A DNA stretch of 40,766 nt, taken from positions 1 through 40,766 of the IMG/VR virus record IMGVR_UViG_3300035531_000138. One strand, given 5' to 3'. Within the stretch, counting starts at the first letter, position 1. Every line of letters begins with the position of its first letter. A program made the position numbers and the translations under genes. A model generated the notes under the pieces. The model worked only from the letters and a program-made list of their open reading frames with translations, made no database searches and was not told the DNA's origin. Shown here piece by piece: positions 6,820-15,028 of this stretch. The stretch is from a virus (lineage: Duplodnaviria > Caudoviricetes).

Positions 6820-7986
6820 ATGAACATTTTAAATACAGAGGCGGCTTTATTGTCTGCTATTATAGCTGAACCTGAAATATTAGCAAGTGTAACAGAAATG
6901 TTACGGCCAAGTGATTTCAGTAGTCAACAGCATAGACAGCTTTATCAATATCTATGTCAATTATATGAAAATGGTCAAGGCATAGATTTAATTACTATCT
7001 TAAATAAATATAAAACACAAAAAGAAAAAATATGGCTAAATGAGCTTTCAGATATGGTTTTAACTGCTGTAAATTACAAAGAATATATGCAGCAGATTAA
7101 AGAAAACAGTCAGCGTAAACAACTTGCTAAGATTATACAAACTATGAATTATGAACTCGAGTCTGGCACAGATCTAAATGCAATTATCAATGATAATCAA
7201 AATAGAATGTTAGACTTAACTTCGCAAGAAGCGGCAACGCTGTTAACGGGACAGCAAGCTATAAAGAAAGCTTTGTTAGAAAAAGAAAAGTATAAAGCTG
7301 GCATAAAAACGGGGATTTTTGAGCTTGATAAAATAATAACATTTAAACCACAAAATCTGGTTACAATAGCAGCCTTCTCTGGTGTTGGTAAAACAGTTTT
7401 GGCTAATCAAATAGGATTTTCACAGATAAAATTAGGCAAAATTGGTATTTTCTTTAACTTAGAAATGTCATCAACTGAATTAATAGAACGTGAAGAAATG
7501 CGAAGTGGTTGTTTAGATGATTTATATGATATGAAGTTTTATATTGATACTAAAGCTGGTATGGATATATCACATATATTATCAACTGCAAGAAAGATTA
7601 AATATCAGGAAGGAAAACTTGATTTTATTATAGTAGATTATGTTGGTTTGATTACAGTTATGGGTATAGAAAATAGAGAACAACAAATAGCTTATTGTTC
7701 TCGAATGCTAAAAAGTGTTGCAAGGCAATTAGATACTGTAGTATTTATGCTATCACAGCTTAATGATGACGGTAAATTACGTGGTAGCAGAGCCAAAGAA
7801 CAGGATTCCGATATAGTTATCAAAGTTGATAGACCAGGCTATCGGCAACAGAAAAAAGTTACTACATTTGGTAGCAAGATTGATATTGATGAAACCTATA
7901 TTACAGTAACTAAGAATCGTGGTGGTAAAACAGGTAAAATATCGGCTCGTTTTGATGGTGAACATCAACAATTCACGGGGCTATAA
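6820..7986 (+). CDS. dnaB: DnaB-like replicative helicase
   Basis: DnaB N-domain, Walker A AAFSGVGKT, NLEM, IIVDY, LSQLN, EQDSD, KNRGG. Confidence 0.92.
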   Translation: MNILNTEAALLSAIIAEPEILASVTEMLRPSDFSSQQHRQLYQYLCQLYENGQGIDLITILNKYKTQKEKIWLNELSDMVLTAVNYKEYMQQIKENSQRKQLAKIIQTMNYELESGTDLNAIINDNQNRMLDLTSQEAATLLTGQQAIKKALLEKEKYKAGIKTGIFELDKIITFKPQNLVTIAAFSGVGKTVLANQIGFSQIKLGKIGIFFNLEMSSTELIEREEMRSGCLDDLYDMKFYIDTKAGMDISHILSTARKIKYQEGKLDFIIVDYVGLITVMGIENREQQIAYCSRMLKSVARQLDTVVFMLSQLNDDGKLRGSRAKEQDSDIVIKVDRPGYRQQKKVTTFGSKIDIDETYITVTKNRGGKTGKISARFDGEHQQFTGL

Positions 7987-8004
7987 AAAAAATAGGAAAT
8001 TATT

Positions 8005-8033
8005 TTGCATATGCAATTTACTGATTATATTAT
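8005..8033 (+). promoter_or_regulatory. sigma70-type promoter upstream of mini-tmRNA and recombinase
   Basis: TTGCAT, 17 nt, TATTAT. Confidence 0.65.
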
Positions 8034-8075
8034 GTTTATAAGGAAAGGATAAATAATGAGTTATTTGTTAAAAAG

Positions 8076-8156
8076 GGGGCAGAAATGGTGTCGACTAATA
8101 TTAAGGCCTATAAGGAAAATATTAGGACGTGGGTTCAATTCCCACCTGCTCCACCA
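8076..8156 (+). ncRNA. Minimal tmRNA-like RNA (tRNA-like domain only)
   Basis: Acceptor GGGGCAG/CTGCTCC with G3-U70, ACCA end; stemless D-loop AAATGGTGTCGA; 8-bp helix CTAATATT/AATATTAG; GAC linker; T-arm GTGGG-TTCAATT-CCCAC. Confidence 0.85.
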
Positions 8157-8173
8157 AATAAAAGGAGAATAAA

Positions 8174-9058
8174 ATGAAAGACAAAATGGAACAACTTACA
8201 AAACCATTACCATTAGAAGAAATAGAACTTCGGATTGGTAGTGTTTCCCAGCAGAAAGGGTTTAGCTTGTTAGCCTATAAAAACAGCAGAGTTGATGTAA
8301 AACGATTTAATGAAGTGTTTGGTGCTAAATGGTATCCGAAATATCATTATGATGATAAAGGTTTACTGGTTTGCACCATTTATGTTTATGATGACGATAT
8401 CCAGCAATGGATAGGTAGAGAAGATGTTGGTATTGAAAGCTATACGGAAAAAGAAAAGGGCAGCTATTCTGACGCTCTTAAGCGGGCGGGCTTCCGTTGG
8501 GGTGTTGGTATAGAATTGTATAAAATGCCCTTTATCTGGATAAAATGGGATAATTGGAAAGAATATAAAGGTAAATGGAAACCTGTTGTTTATCTTGATG
8601 AATGGAAGTTAAAGCAAAATGAAGAATTGGGATATTATGTTTTAGACAATCACGGCAATGTAGTTTGGCAACAATCAGGTGGTTATTATAAACCTGAACC
8701 TGAACCTGAACCTAAACCACAAACTGATAATCATAAATATGCACCTAAAAATGATAATGAACTTGAAGAACTACGCCAAATCTTGCAAACAACTGTTGTA
8801 AATATGAAGCAGGAAAAAATGCTGAAAGAAAAATCAGCTAAAGATATTTTAAATAAAATTAAGAAAATTAACAATATTGCTTTGATGAAATATACTCAAT
8901 TGCAAATAGAGACAATTGAGGCTTTATATCATGTCAAAGATAAATTATCTGAAGATGAAACTAAGGCATATAGCCATAAGATTTATTCAGCTAAAACTAA
9001 AGAATTAAAAGAAATTAAAACAGAATTGGAAGGGATAAAAAAGGATGCATTGACATGA
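8174..9058 (+). CDS. Rad52/Sak-family single-strand annealing recombinase
   Basis: LLAYKNSRVDVKRFNEVFG and EKGSYSDALKRAGFRWGVGIELY motifs. Confidence 0.85.
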   Translation: MKDKMEQLTKPLPLEEIELRIGSVSQQKGFSLLAYKNSRVDVKRFNEVFGAKWYPKYHYDDKGLLVCTIYVYDDDIQQWIGREDVGIESYTEKEKGSYSDALKRAGFRWGVGIELYKMPFIWIKWDNWKEYKGKWKPVVYLDEWKLKQNEELGYYVLDNHGNVVWQQSGGYYKPEPEPEPKPQTDNHKYAPKNDNELEELRQILQTTVVNMKQEKMLKEKSAKDILNKIKKINNIALMKYTQLQIETIEALYHVKDKLSEDETKAYSHKIYSAKTKELKEIKTELEGIKKDALT

Positions 9059-9357
9059 AACCATTAATTATAATTAGTTTTATACCGCTGTTAGTGCTAC
9101 CGTTAATGATATTCTTTAATGCAGACAAATTAGAAGTCCATAATCAATTCATACCTATGGATATAACTATAGATGGTATTGTCTATGATATGGAGGAAAT
9201 AGATATATTAATGCAATATCATGGTGCGGAATCAATTAAGATTGTTGTTAATCGTCGTAATAATGAAGAAAATGGCGTATGGTTTTACCGAGATGGTGTG
9301 CGCTGTAATCTATTTACAGATGCAGCCATCTCATATTTAAAAAGGAGAATAAAATGA
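9055..9357 (+). CDS. Hypothetical protein with N-terminal hydrophobic segment
   Basis: ATGA overlaps on both sides. Confidence 0.7.
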   Translation: MKPLIIISFIPLLVLPLMIFFNADKLEVHNQFIPMDITIDGIVYDMEEIDILMQYHGAESIKIVVNRRNNEENGVWFYRDGVRCNLFTDAAISYLKRRIK

Positions 9358-10001
9358 AACAATATTTTATATTCGATTTGGAAACAGAACCCGATATGGA
9401 ATTAGCTGAGATAAGCGGCTATTTTGATAATATTAAGCCACCAAAGAATTATAAAGATGAAGATAAAATTGAAAAATGGATGGAAACCAAAAAAGAAAAA
9501 ATGGTTGAAGAATTAGCACTTAATCCCAAGTTTGCTAAAATTAAGATGTTTAGTATTTGTAATAATGGCGAAATTTATGTTATTCCAGTCAATAATGAAG
9601 CGAAAGCTATCGAAAAGCTTGGCGATATGATTAAGAAAGCCTATTTGCAAGGCTGTGAAATAGTTACCGCTAATGGGTGTAATTATGATTTTCCAGTGCT
9701 TATAGAACGTGGACAAATAAACCGTGTCCCAATTGATTATAGGTTACTTATTGAAATGGCAAATACTCCCTGGCGCAAAAATCACTACGATATTCTTAAA
9801 GTACATAAAGGTTCAGTAGAACTTAACTCACTGGTTAAATTAGGTAAATCTAAAGAACAACCCGATTTTAAAACAGTTACAATTCAAGAACTATCTACAT
9901 ATTCTATGCATGAAATGAATATTATAGATAGTTTATATAAATTAGACTGTGGTATTATAAATCCAGGTAATATTACTGGTAATATTTTGGAGGCAATATG
10001 A
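9354..10001 (+). CDS. DEDD-family 3'-5' exonuclease (PolB-exonuclease-like)
   Basis: FDLETEP, NGCNYDFP motifs; final motif degenerate (YSMHEM). Confidence 0.8.
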   Translation: MKQYFIFDLETEPDMELAEISGYFDNIKPPKNYKDEDKIEKWMETKKEKMVEELALNPKFAKIKMFSICNNGEIYVIPVNNEAKAIEKLGDMIKKAYLQGCEIVTANGCNYDFPVLIERGQINRVPIDYRLLIEMANTPWRKNHYDILKVHKGSVELNSLVKLGKSKEQPDFKTVTIQELSTYSMHEMNIIDSLYKLDCGIINPGNITGNILEAI

Positions 10002-10414
10002 AAGAGATATATGATATGTTACAAAAAAATGGCATAAATTGCCAAATAGACTCTGGTAAATTAATAGTTTATTCTGCTATTAATATGCAGGGTTATAGAT
10101 TAATAGATCCCAAAATAGAAGTTAAACAAATATCATTTGAAAAAGGATATGCTTCCAGAGAATTGGCTCTTATGGAAGGTATATATAAAGCCCTTGCCCA
10201 GCTTAAACCAGAAAGGGCTGGTAAAATATTATTTCAAGATTTGCAGATAGCAAAAGATATTCTGAGGATAAATCAAGATAGTGATGGTACTTATATGATA
10301 ATAACATCTGTTATGATAGCAGATATTTATAAAAATATGGATGCTAATCAAGAAACAAGGGATAAATTCCTCGATGCTTATAGCAAAGAAGCAGCGGAGT
10401 ATAAAAATGAGTAA
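9998..10414 (+). CDS. Hypothetical protein
   Basis: ORF in operon with overlap coupling. Confidence 0.75.
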   Translation: MKEIYDMLQKNGINCQIDSGKLIVYSAINMQGYRLIDPKIEVKQISFEKGYASRELALMEGIYKALAQLKPERAGKILFQDLQIAKDILRINQDSDGTYMIITSVMIADIYKNMDANQETRDKFLDAYSKEAAEYKNE

Positions 10415-10571
10415 TATTGATTTTGATGTAGTAAATAAAATATGTAAAACCTGTGGCCAAACTATGGTCAAATTTAGTGGTGGATATAAATGTATTATAT
10501 GCGGAACTGAATATACAAATAAGCAAATTCAAACAGAAATTGATAAATTAAAGAAAAGAGAAATGAGATGA
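10407..10571 (+). CDS. Small zinc-ribbon protein
   Basis: CKTC...CIIC; start moved to ATG 10407 after GGAG. Confidence 0.7.
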   Translation: MSNIDFDVVNKICKTCGQTMVKFSGGYKCIICGTEYTNKQIQTEIDKLKKREMR

Positions 10572-10795
10572 TACCAAAAGAATGGCAGCCACGTCAATTT
10601 GAAAATAAAGAATATATTTTAATCAAGCATGCTCATAATAAGAACTATTATGTTAAGTACGATGGCAAAATATATGATATTGTTTTAACTATCGATATAA
10701 ACCAAGCCAAACGTTACCGTGATAAAGAACACGCAGAAAGACGTAATGTTGGTAATTATGAAATACAAGCAATAAAAAGGGGGCTTTATGTTTAA
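10568..10795 (+). CDS. Small hypothetical protein
   Basis: ORF in operon; loosely resembles 11211-11378. Confidence 0.7.
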   Translation: MIPKEWQPRQFENKEYILIKHAHNKNYYVKYDGKIYDIVLTIDINQAKRYRDKEHAERRNVGNYEIQAIKRGLYV

Positions 10796-11147
10796 GGTAA
10801 ATAATATAATTATAACAGGCAATATAGCTACTAATATTGATATTAAGGAAATTGGTAATAAGATATTACATAAATTTGTAATAGCAGTTGATAGTAGCTA
10901 TAAAAAAGATGGAGAATGGATAAACCAGGCTGATTTTATACCAATCGAATATTGGAATTATACTGAAAAAGATATAACAAAAGGTGAGCATGTTGGAATA
11001 ATTGGTAATGTCAAACAATCATCTTGGGAATCAGATGATGGTAAAAAGCATAACAAAATCTATATAAGAGCTTTAAGGTTATATAAAACCCAAAAAGAAC
11101 ACTATATTGATAACAACATAACTGAAGATGATGGCGTTCCCTTTTAA
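10788..11147 (+). CDS. ssb: Single-stranded DNA-binding protein
   Basis: NNIIITGNI OB-fold start; acidic C-terminus DDGVPF. Confidence 0.92.
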   Translation: MFKVNNIIITGNIATNIDIKEIGNKILHKFVIAVDSSYKKDGEWINQADFIPIEYWNYTEKDITKGEHVGIIGNVKQSSWESDDGKKHNKIYIRALRLYKTQKEHYIDNNITEDDGVPF

Positions 11148-11210
11148 AAAATGTTGCATAAATAATAAAAATGATTAAATTATATTTAATGAATTTTAAA
11201 GAAGGTAAAA

Positions 11211-11378
11211 ATGTATTTACTTAAAACATCTAAAGGATATGTCAAAACTTTATATTTCCCAATTTCAGATTCTAAATTAACTCAAAATCGTGATGAGGCT
11301 TATCGTTTTCTGGATAGAGAATGGTTGGAAGAGAAGCTTAGATATTACGATAGCAATTATGAAATCGAGGAGGCATAA
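11211..11378 (+). CDS. Small hypothetical protein (55 aa)
   Basis: MYLLKTSKGYVK...YEIEEA; TAATG coupling to next gene. Confidence 0.65.
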   Translation: MYLLKTSKGYVKTLYFPISDSKLTQNRDEAYRFLDREWLEEKLRYYDSNYEIEEA

Positions 11379-11644
11379 TGTTTGGTATAAATAAAAAATA
11401 TGATAAATTAAATGCTCGAATTGATAAATTGCGAAAACAGCTTGAGTGTTCACACGAAAATTATATAATAGAAAAACGGGAAACCTTTTGGGGGGTATGG
11501 TATAGACAGATATGTGAAGATTGTGGTTTAGAGCTTGATGCATTTCAATCTGACCAGAAAGCGGCAAGATTAAAAATAGAACAAGCTGAAAGGGATTTAG
11601 AGAAGGCAAAACGTGATAAAGAAAATGCTACAAAGGAGGAATAA
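11378..11644 (+). CDS. Coiled-coil/zinc-finger protein, paralog 1 of 3
   Basis: CSHE...CEDCG between coiled coils. Confidence 0.8.
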   Translation: MFGINKKYDKLNARIDKLRKQLECSHENYIIEKRETFWGVWYRQICEDCGLELDAFQSDQKAARLKIEQAERDLEKAKRDKENATKEE

Positions 11645-11982
11645 TGTTTTATAAAAAGGAAATAAACAGGCTTTATAAAAAAAGCAAAGAACTATCAAAA
11701 AAAGTTGGATATTGTCAAGATAGAATCCGGGAACTTGAAGATAAAATTGATAAGCAACAAATTCAGATTGGTTGTAAACACGAAAACTTTGATATTGAAC
11801 CTGAAACATATACATTCTGGACAGATCCCAGGATTAATTATATTAAAAAATGTAGAGGATGTGGTCTAATCTTAGATTGTTTTTTGACTGAACGGCAAGC
11901 ATTAGAAGCAGCACGGGAACAAGCTGAAAGGGATTTAGAGAAGGCAAAACGTGATAAAGAAAATGCTACAAAGGAGGAATAA
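11644..11982 (+). CDS. Coiled-coil/zinc-finger protein, paralog 2 of 3
   Basis: CKHE...CRGCG; C-terminus identical to paralog 1. Confidence 0.8.
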   Translation: MFYKKEINRLYKKSKELSKKVGYCQDRIRELEDKIDKQQIQIGCKHENFDIEPETYTFWTDPRINYIKKCRGCGLILDCFLTERQALEAAREQAERDLEKAKRDKENATKEE

Positions 11983-12278
11983 TGTTTAAACAAACTAAGT
12001 TAGAAAGAAGTGTTAATAGATTAGAAGATAAAGTAAAATATTTAACAGACAGAATAACAAAAATAGAAAGACAAATAGCTTGCAAACACGAAGATTATGA
12101 AGTAATCGAATATCTCATTTCTTTCCCATATAAATACGAACAAGTATGCGATAACTGCGGGTTAATTATGGATAGATTCAACTCAGACCAGAAAGCTGCA
12201 ACCTTGAGAAGAGATCAGGCAGAAAGAGACTTTGAGAAAGCTAAACAGGCGGAAAAAGATGCCACAACCAAAGAATAA
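11982..12278 (+). CDS. Coiled-coil/zinc-finger protein, paralog 3 of 3
   Basis: CKHE...CDNCG. Confidence 0.8.
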   Translation: MFKQTKLERSVNRLEDKVKYLTDRITKIERQIACKHEDYEVIEYLISFPYKYEQVCDNCGLIMDRFNSDQKAATLRRDQAERDFEKAKQAEKDATTKE

Positions 12279-12678
12279 AAAACAGGCTGAATATTACCCA
12301 ATTTTATTCCCAGTCCATAAACACCAATGGCTACGTGCCTATAAGAAATTCATAAAGAAAATAAGCAGCTTTAAGACACGCTATCGCTTGGATAATATAA
12401 AAACACTATTTAAGGAAAACTATGGCTCGGAGTGCCCTTATTGTGGCTCTGTGTTAAATGTTAATAATATATCACTTGACCATATTACTCCAATTGCCAG
12501 AAATGGTAATAATATAGAAGAGAATGTGCAGGTAACTTGTAAGGTATGTAACCGTCGTAAAGGACGCTTAACCGACAAGGAATATCGTGAATTATTAAAG
12601 TTAATCGATGGCTTCGAGAAGCAGGCGAGACAGTATGTATTAGCAAAGCTGTCTGGGAAAGATTATGGTAGTAAATAA
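12259..12678 (+). CDS. HNH endonuclease
   Basis: CPYC...DHITP...N...CKVCN; start moved to ATG 12259. Confidence 0.88.
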   Translation: MPQPKNKKQAEYYPILFPVHKHQWLRAYKKFIKKISSFKTRYRLDNIKTLFKENYGSECPYCGSVLNVNNISLDHITPIARNGNNIEENVQVTCKVCNRRKGRLTDKEYRELLKLIDGFEKQARQYVLAKLSGKDYGSK

Positions 12679-12680
12679 GG

Positions 12681-12757
12681 TGTGTGGAATGTGTGTTAAT
12701 TCTCGTTTTAGGTGCGATACAAATAATGTAAGTATTTATTTGCCTCCCACGCAAGGC
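12681..12757 (+). ncRNA. Candidate pseudoknotted RNA motif, copy 1
   Basis: Homologous to 15029-15122 with compensatory changes in two stems. Confidence 0.55.
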
Positions 12758-12759
12758 TT

Positions 12760-12792
12760 GGCTGGGCGGGTTAAACCCGCCTTGCCTATTTT
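12760..12792 (+). terminator. Probable intrinsic terminator
   Basis: GGCTGGGCGGGT-TAA-ACCCGCCTTGCC followed by TATTTT. Confidence 0.65.
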
Positions 12793-12806
12793 ATAAAGGT
12801 AATAAA

Positions 12807-12986
12807 ATGAATAATACTTGGACTGGGCTTAGTTTCAACAAAAAAACTGGCGAAGAGTTATCTTTCTTTATATGGAAAGATGATAATAAAATTGAGTTTA
12901 CACCAGAAGAAGCAAGAGAACTATTCCCCGCTGTAATGTTTAAACATGAAAAAGATATAATGTTATATCTGGTTTATGGTACATAA
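12807..12986 (+). CDS. Small hypothetical protein (59 aa)
   Basis: MNNTWTGLSFNKKTGEE...; AAGGT SD. Confidence 0.6.
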   Translation: MNNTWTGLSFNKKTGEELSFFIWKDDNKIEFTPEEARELFPAVMFKHEKDIMLYLVYGT

Positions 12987-13000
12987 TAGGGGGATTACTA

Positions 13001-13291
13001 ATGGCAAATGAAAATATTGTCGTTGAAGAAAAAGATGGAGTCATAACGAAACATTATTACAATGGGGAAACACCACCAAAAGGCATTGAAGGAAAATTGA
13101 TTGAAAGTTATGACGGTTGCAATATAACAACATACAATGAAAATGGTGTTGGATTCAAAACATTAGTAGGCTGTTGTTTTGTAGATGGACAAACAGTAAA
13201 TACTTGGGATAAATACAAGATTTCAAAAACAGAATACGTGGTGATACATGACAGCTATATTTACTGTGATCTGAACATAAAAAGATGGTAG
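13001..13291 (+). CDS. Hypothetical protein
   Basis: ORF with GGGGA SD; followed by attC-like hairpin. Confidence 0.7.
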   Translation: MANENIVVEEKDGVITKHYYNGETPPKGIEGKLIESYDGCNITTYNENGVGFKTLVGCCFVDGQTVNTWDKYKISKTEYVVIHDSYIYCDLNIKRW

Positions 13292-13349
13292 ATAACACTA
13301 AGCTGTCACGTTTACGTGAAGCGATTGTTAGGAAAGAGAAGTTATTAAT

Positions 13350-13571
13350 ATGAAAATTAAATTATTAATATGGGATAAAATATTAGGTTGTGAAGTTAAT
13401 AGGGAATGGGAAGAGAGAATCGGATATTTTCTTATAGATAGGTATGGAAACTTTGCAATACAATTAAACAATGGTGAGACAGAAGTTGATAAGCACCCAA
13501 TGGCTGGTATTGAAGATTTTGGGGGGATTAATTCACATTTTGAAATAAGGAAGATTATAACAAATGTGTAA
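13350..13571 (+). CDS. Hypothetical protein
   Basis: ORF; N-terminus MKIKLLIWD resembles YopX-type starts. Confidence 0.6.
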   Translation: MKIKLLIWDKILGCEVNREWEERIGYFLIDRYGNFAIQLNNGETEVDKHPMAGIEDFGGINSHFEIRKIITNV

Positions 13572-13719
13572 TAATAAATACTGCCCTATATATCAAGCTG
13601 GTCAATACAATAAAGCTAAGCAATGTCAAGGTTGCAAGCATAACATAACTAATAATGATATATTAGATAAATCGGATCTACCAGATTTTTTTAAAGATAT
13701 CTTTAGGGATAAAAAATGA
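13564..13719 (+). CDS. Small Cys-rich protein (51 aa)
   Basis: MCNNKYC...CQGC...DLPDFFKDIF. Confidence 0.55.
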   Translation: MCNNKYCPIYQAGQYNKAKQCQGCKHNITNNDILDKSDLPDFFKDIFRDKK

Positions 13720-13856
13720 AGCTAACTAAAGATGAAATGGAAACCTATGAAGAGCGAATGGCAATTTGCACAATAGATGGTGGTTTAACCGAAGCAGAAG
13801 CCAAAGAGATAGCGATTAAACAGATTTTAGAAGATAGAGAGAATAATGCCTATTGA
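13716..13856 (+). CDS. Small phage hypothetical protein (46 aa)
   Basis: YEERMAICTIDGGLTEAEA motif typical of a small phage protein family. Confidence 0.7.
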   Translation: MKLTKDEMETYEERMAICTIDGGLTEAEAKEIAIKQILEDRENNAY

Positions 13857-13920
13857 TTATAATAAATTTTGACAAATGGGAATAAGTAAGAAGTCTTGGC
13901 GCTAATTACCAGTCAAGATA

Positions 13921-13960
13921 AGCTGACAGGTTTTACTCCTTTTGCCTGTCAGTTTTTTTG
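13921..13960 (+). terminator. Intrinsic terminator with anti-SD-like loop
   Basis: AGCTGACAGG/CCTGTCAGTT stem, loop TTTTACTCCTTTTG, T-tract. Confidence 0.85.
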
Positions 13961-13988
13961 TTGCATTAAAATGATAATAAGTTATATT
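13961..13988 (+). promoter_or_regulatory. sigma70-type promoter upstream of tRNA-like element
   Basis: TTGCAT, 16 nt, TATATT; predicted +1 near the 5' G of the tRNA-like RNA. Confidence 0.55.
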
Positions 13989-13994
13989 AACTAA

Positions 13995-14071
13995 GACTCG
14001 GTAGTTCAATGAAAGAACAAGGTAAAAGCAATGTATACTTGATGCGGGTTCGATTCCTGCCCGAGCCCCCA
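13995..14071 (+). tRNA. Non-canonical tRNA-like element (no assignable anticodon)
   Basis: Acceptor GACTCGG/CCGAGCC (one mismatch) then C-CCA; D-arm GTTC/GAAC; T-arm GCGGG-TTCGATT-CCTGC; anticodon arm with 11-nt loop. Confidence 0.7.
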
Positions 14072-14089
14072 AATTAATAAGGAGGTAAG

Positions 14090-14554
14090 ATGTTAAAAGA
14101 AATACCAGAAGTAATAAAAATTGGTGATGTGGAATATGTTAGGGAAGATAAAACAAAGCCACATCGAGATATTACTCATCCACAATATATAATGAATATT
14201 AGAAAAGACGATATTAATGATAGTATAAACATAAAAATTGACGATACAATTATTATGAGCATAGATAATCAAGAAGTAATACTTTATAATGAACCAGGGA
14301 TTCTTAAGAAATGGGCTGATAATGGTTATCTTTGTGAGAATTGGGCTGATAAGGGCTATTTTTATTGTTATAAGGAATATAAGTGGAATAATATCATTTT
14401 ATATTTATATAAAGGAATGCTCTATTGCAATTATGTTGTTAATAATGAACATAAAAAAGGAATAGTATATGATTTTAAAACAATGAAAAAGGGAAATATA
14501 ACACAAGGGCTACCAACGTGGGAGCATTGTGATTCATTTAAAGTTTTATGTTAA
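14090..14554 (+). CDS. Hypothetical protein, paralog 1 of 2
   Basis: AGGAGG SD; full-length similarity to 14579-15019. Confidence 0.85.
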   Translation: MLKEIPEVIKIGDVEYVREDKTKPHRDITHPQYIMNIRKDDINDSINIKIDDTIIMSIDNQEVILYNEPGILKKWADNGYLCENWADKGYFYCYKEYKWNNIILYLYKGMLYCNYVVNNEHKKGIVYDFKTMKKGNITQGLPTWEHCDSFKVLC

Positions 14555-14578
14555 TTTATATATAATAAGGAGATAAAA

Positions 14579-15019
14579 ATGAACGAATTTGAAATGCCAG
14601 ACGTTATAATGATTAACGGTGTGGAATATGTTAGGGAAGATAAAATAGAATTACCAGAAAATAACAATAACATCAATTATATAATGAATATTAGAAAAGA
14701 CGACTCTGCTAATTATATAGAAATAAAAATTAACGATATAATTATTATGAGTATAAATCATGAACATATAGCTTTATACGATGAAACAGATATTCTTAAA
14801 AAATGGACTCAGGATGGTTATATCTGTGACAATCAAGCGGTTAAATGGAACGATGCTGAGTTTTACCTTTATAAAGGGGAACTATACTGTGCCTATAACT
14901 TTATTGGTGGGTATAAGAACGATGAAATGATATATAACTTTAAAACCATGAAGCAGGGTGATAGAACACAAGCCCCAGTACCAATCTGGGAGCATAGTGA
15001 AACCCTGAAAGTAGTATAA
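14579..15019 (+). CDS. Hypothetical protein, paralog 2 of 2
   Basis: Shared VEYVREDK, YIMNIRKDD, ILKKW, FKTMK, WEH. Confidence 0.85.
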   Translation: MNEFEMPDVIMINGVEYVREDKIELPENNNNINYIMNIRKDDSANYIEIKINDIIIMSINHEHIALYDETDILKKWTQDGYICDNQAVKWNDAEFYLYKGELYCAYNFIGGYKNDEMIYNFKTMKQGDRTQAPVPIWEHSETLKVV

Positions 15020-15028
15020 ATAAACGGA

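Noticed and set aside
7994-8010. Third sigma54-type promoter (GG-N10-GC)
   Set aside because: Poor -24 box, no upstream boxes; TTGCAT-17-TATTAT explains it better
8126-8156. attP core for integration into a host tmRNA gene
   Set aside because: An attP normally carries only the 3' fragment; here a matching 5' half and helix are present, the site is mid-operon and no integrase is adjacent
8076-8156. Ordinary tRNA-Ala
   Set aside because: No D-stem and no 7-nt anticodon loop with NGC; layout matches a tmRNA tRNA-like domain
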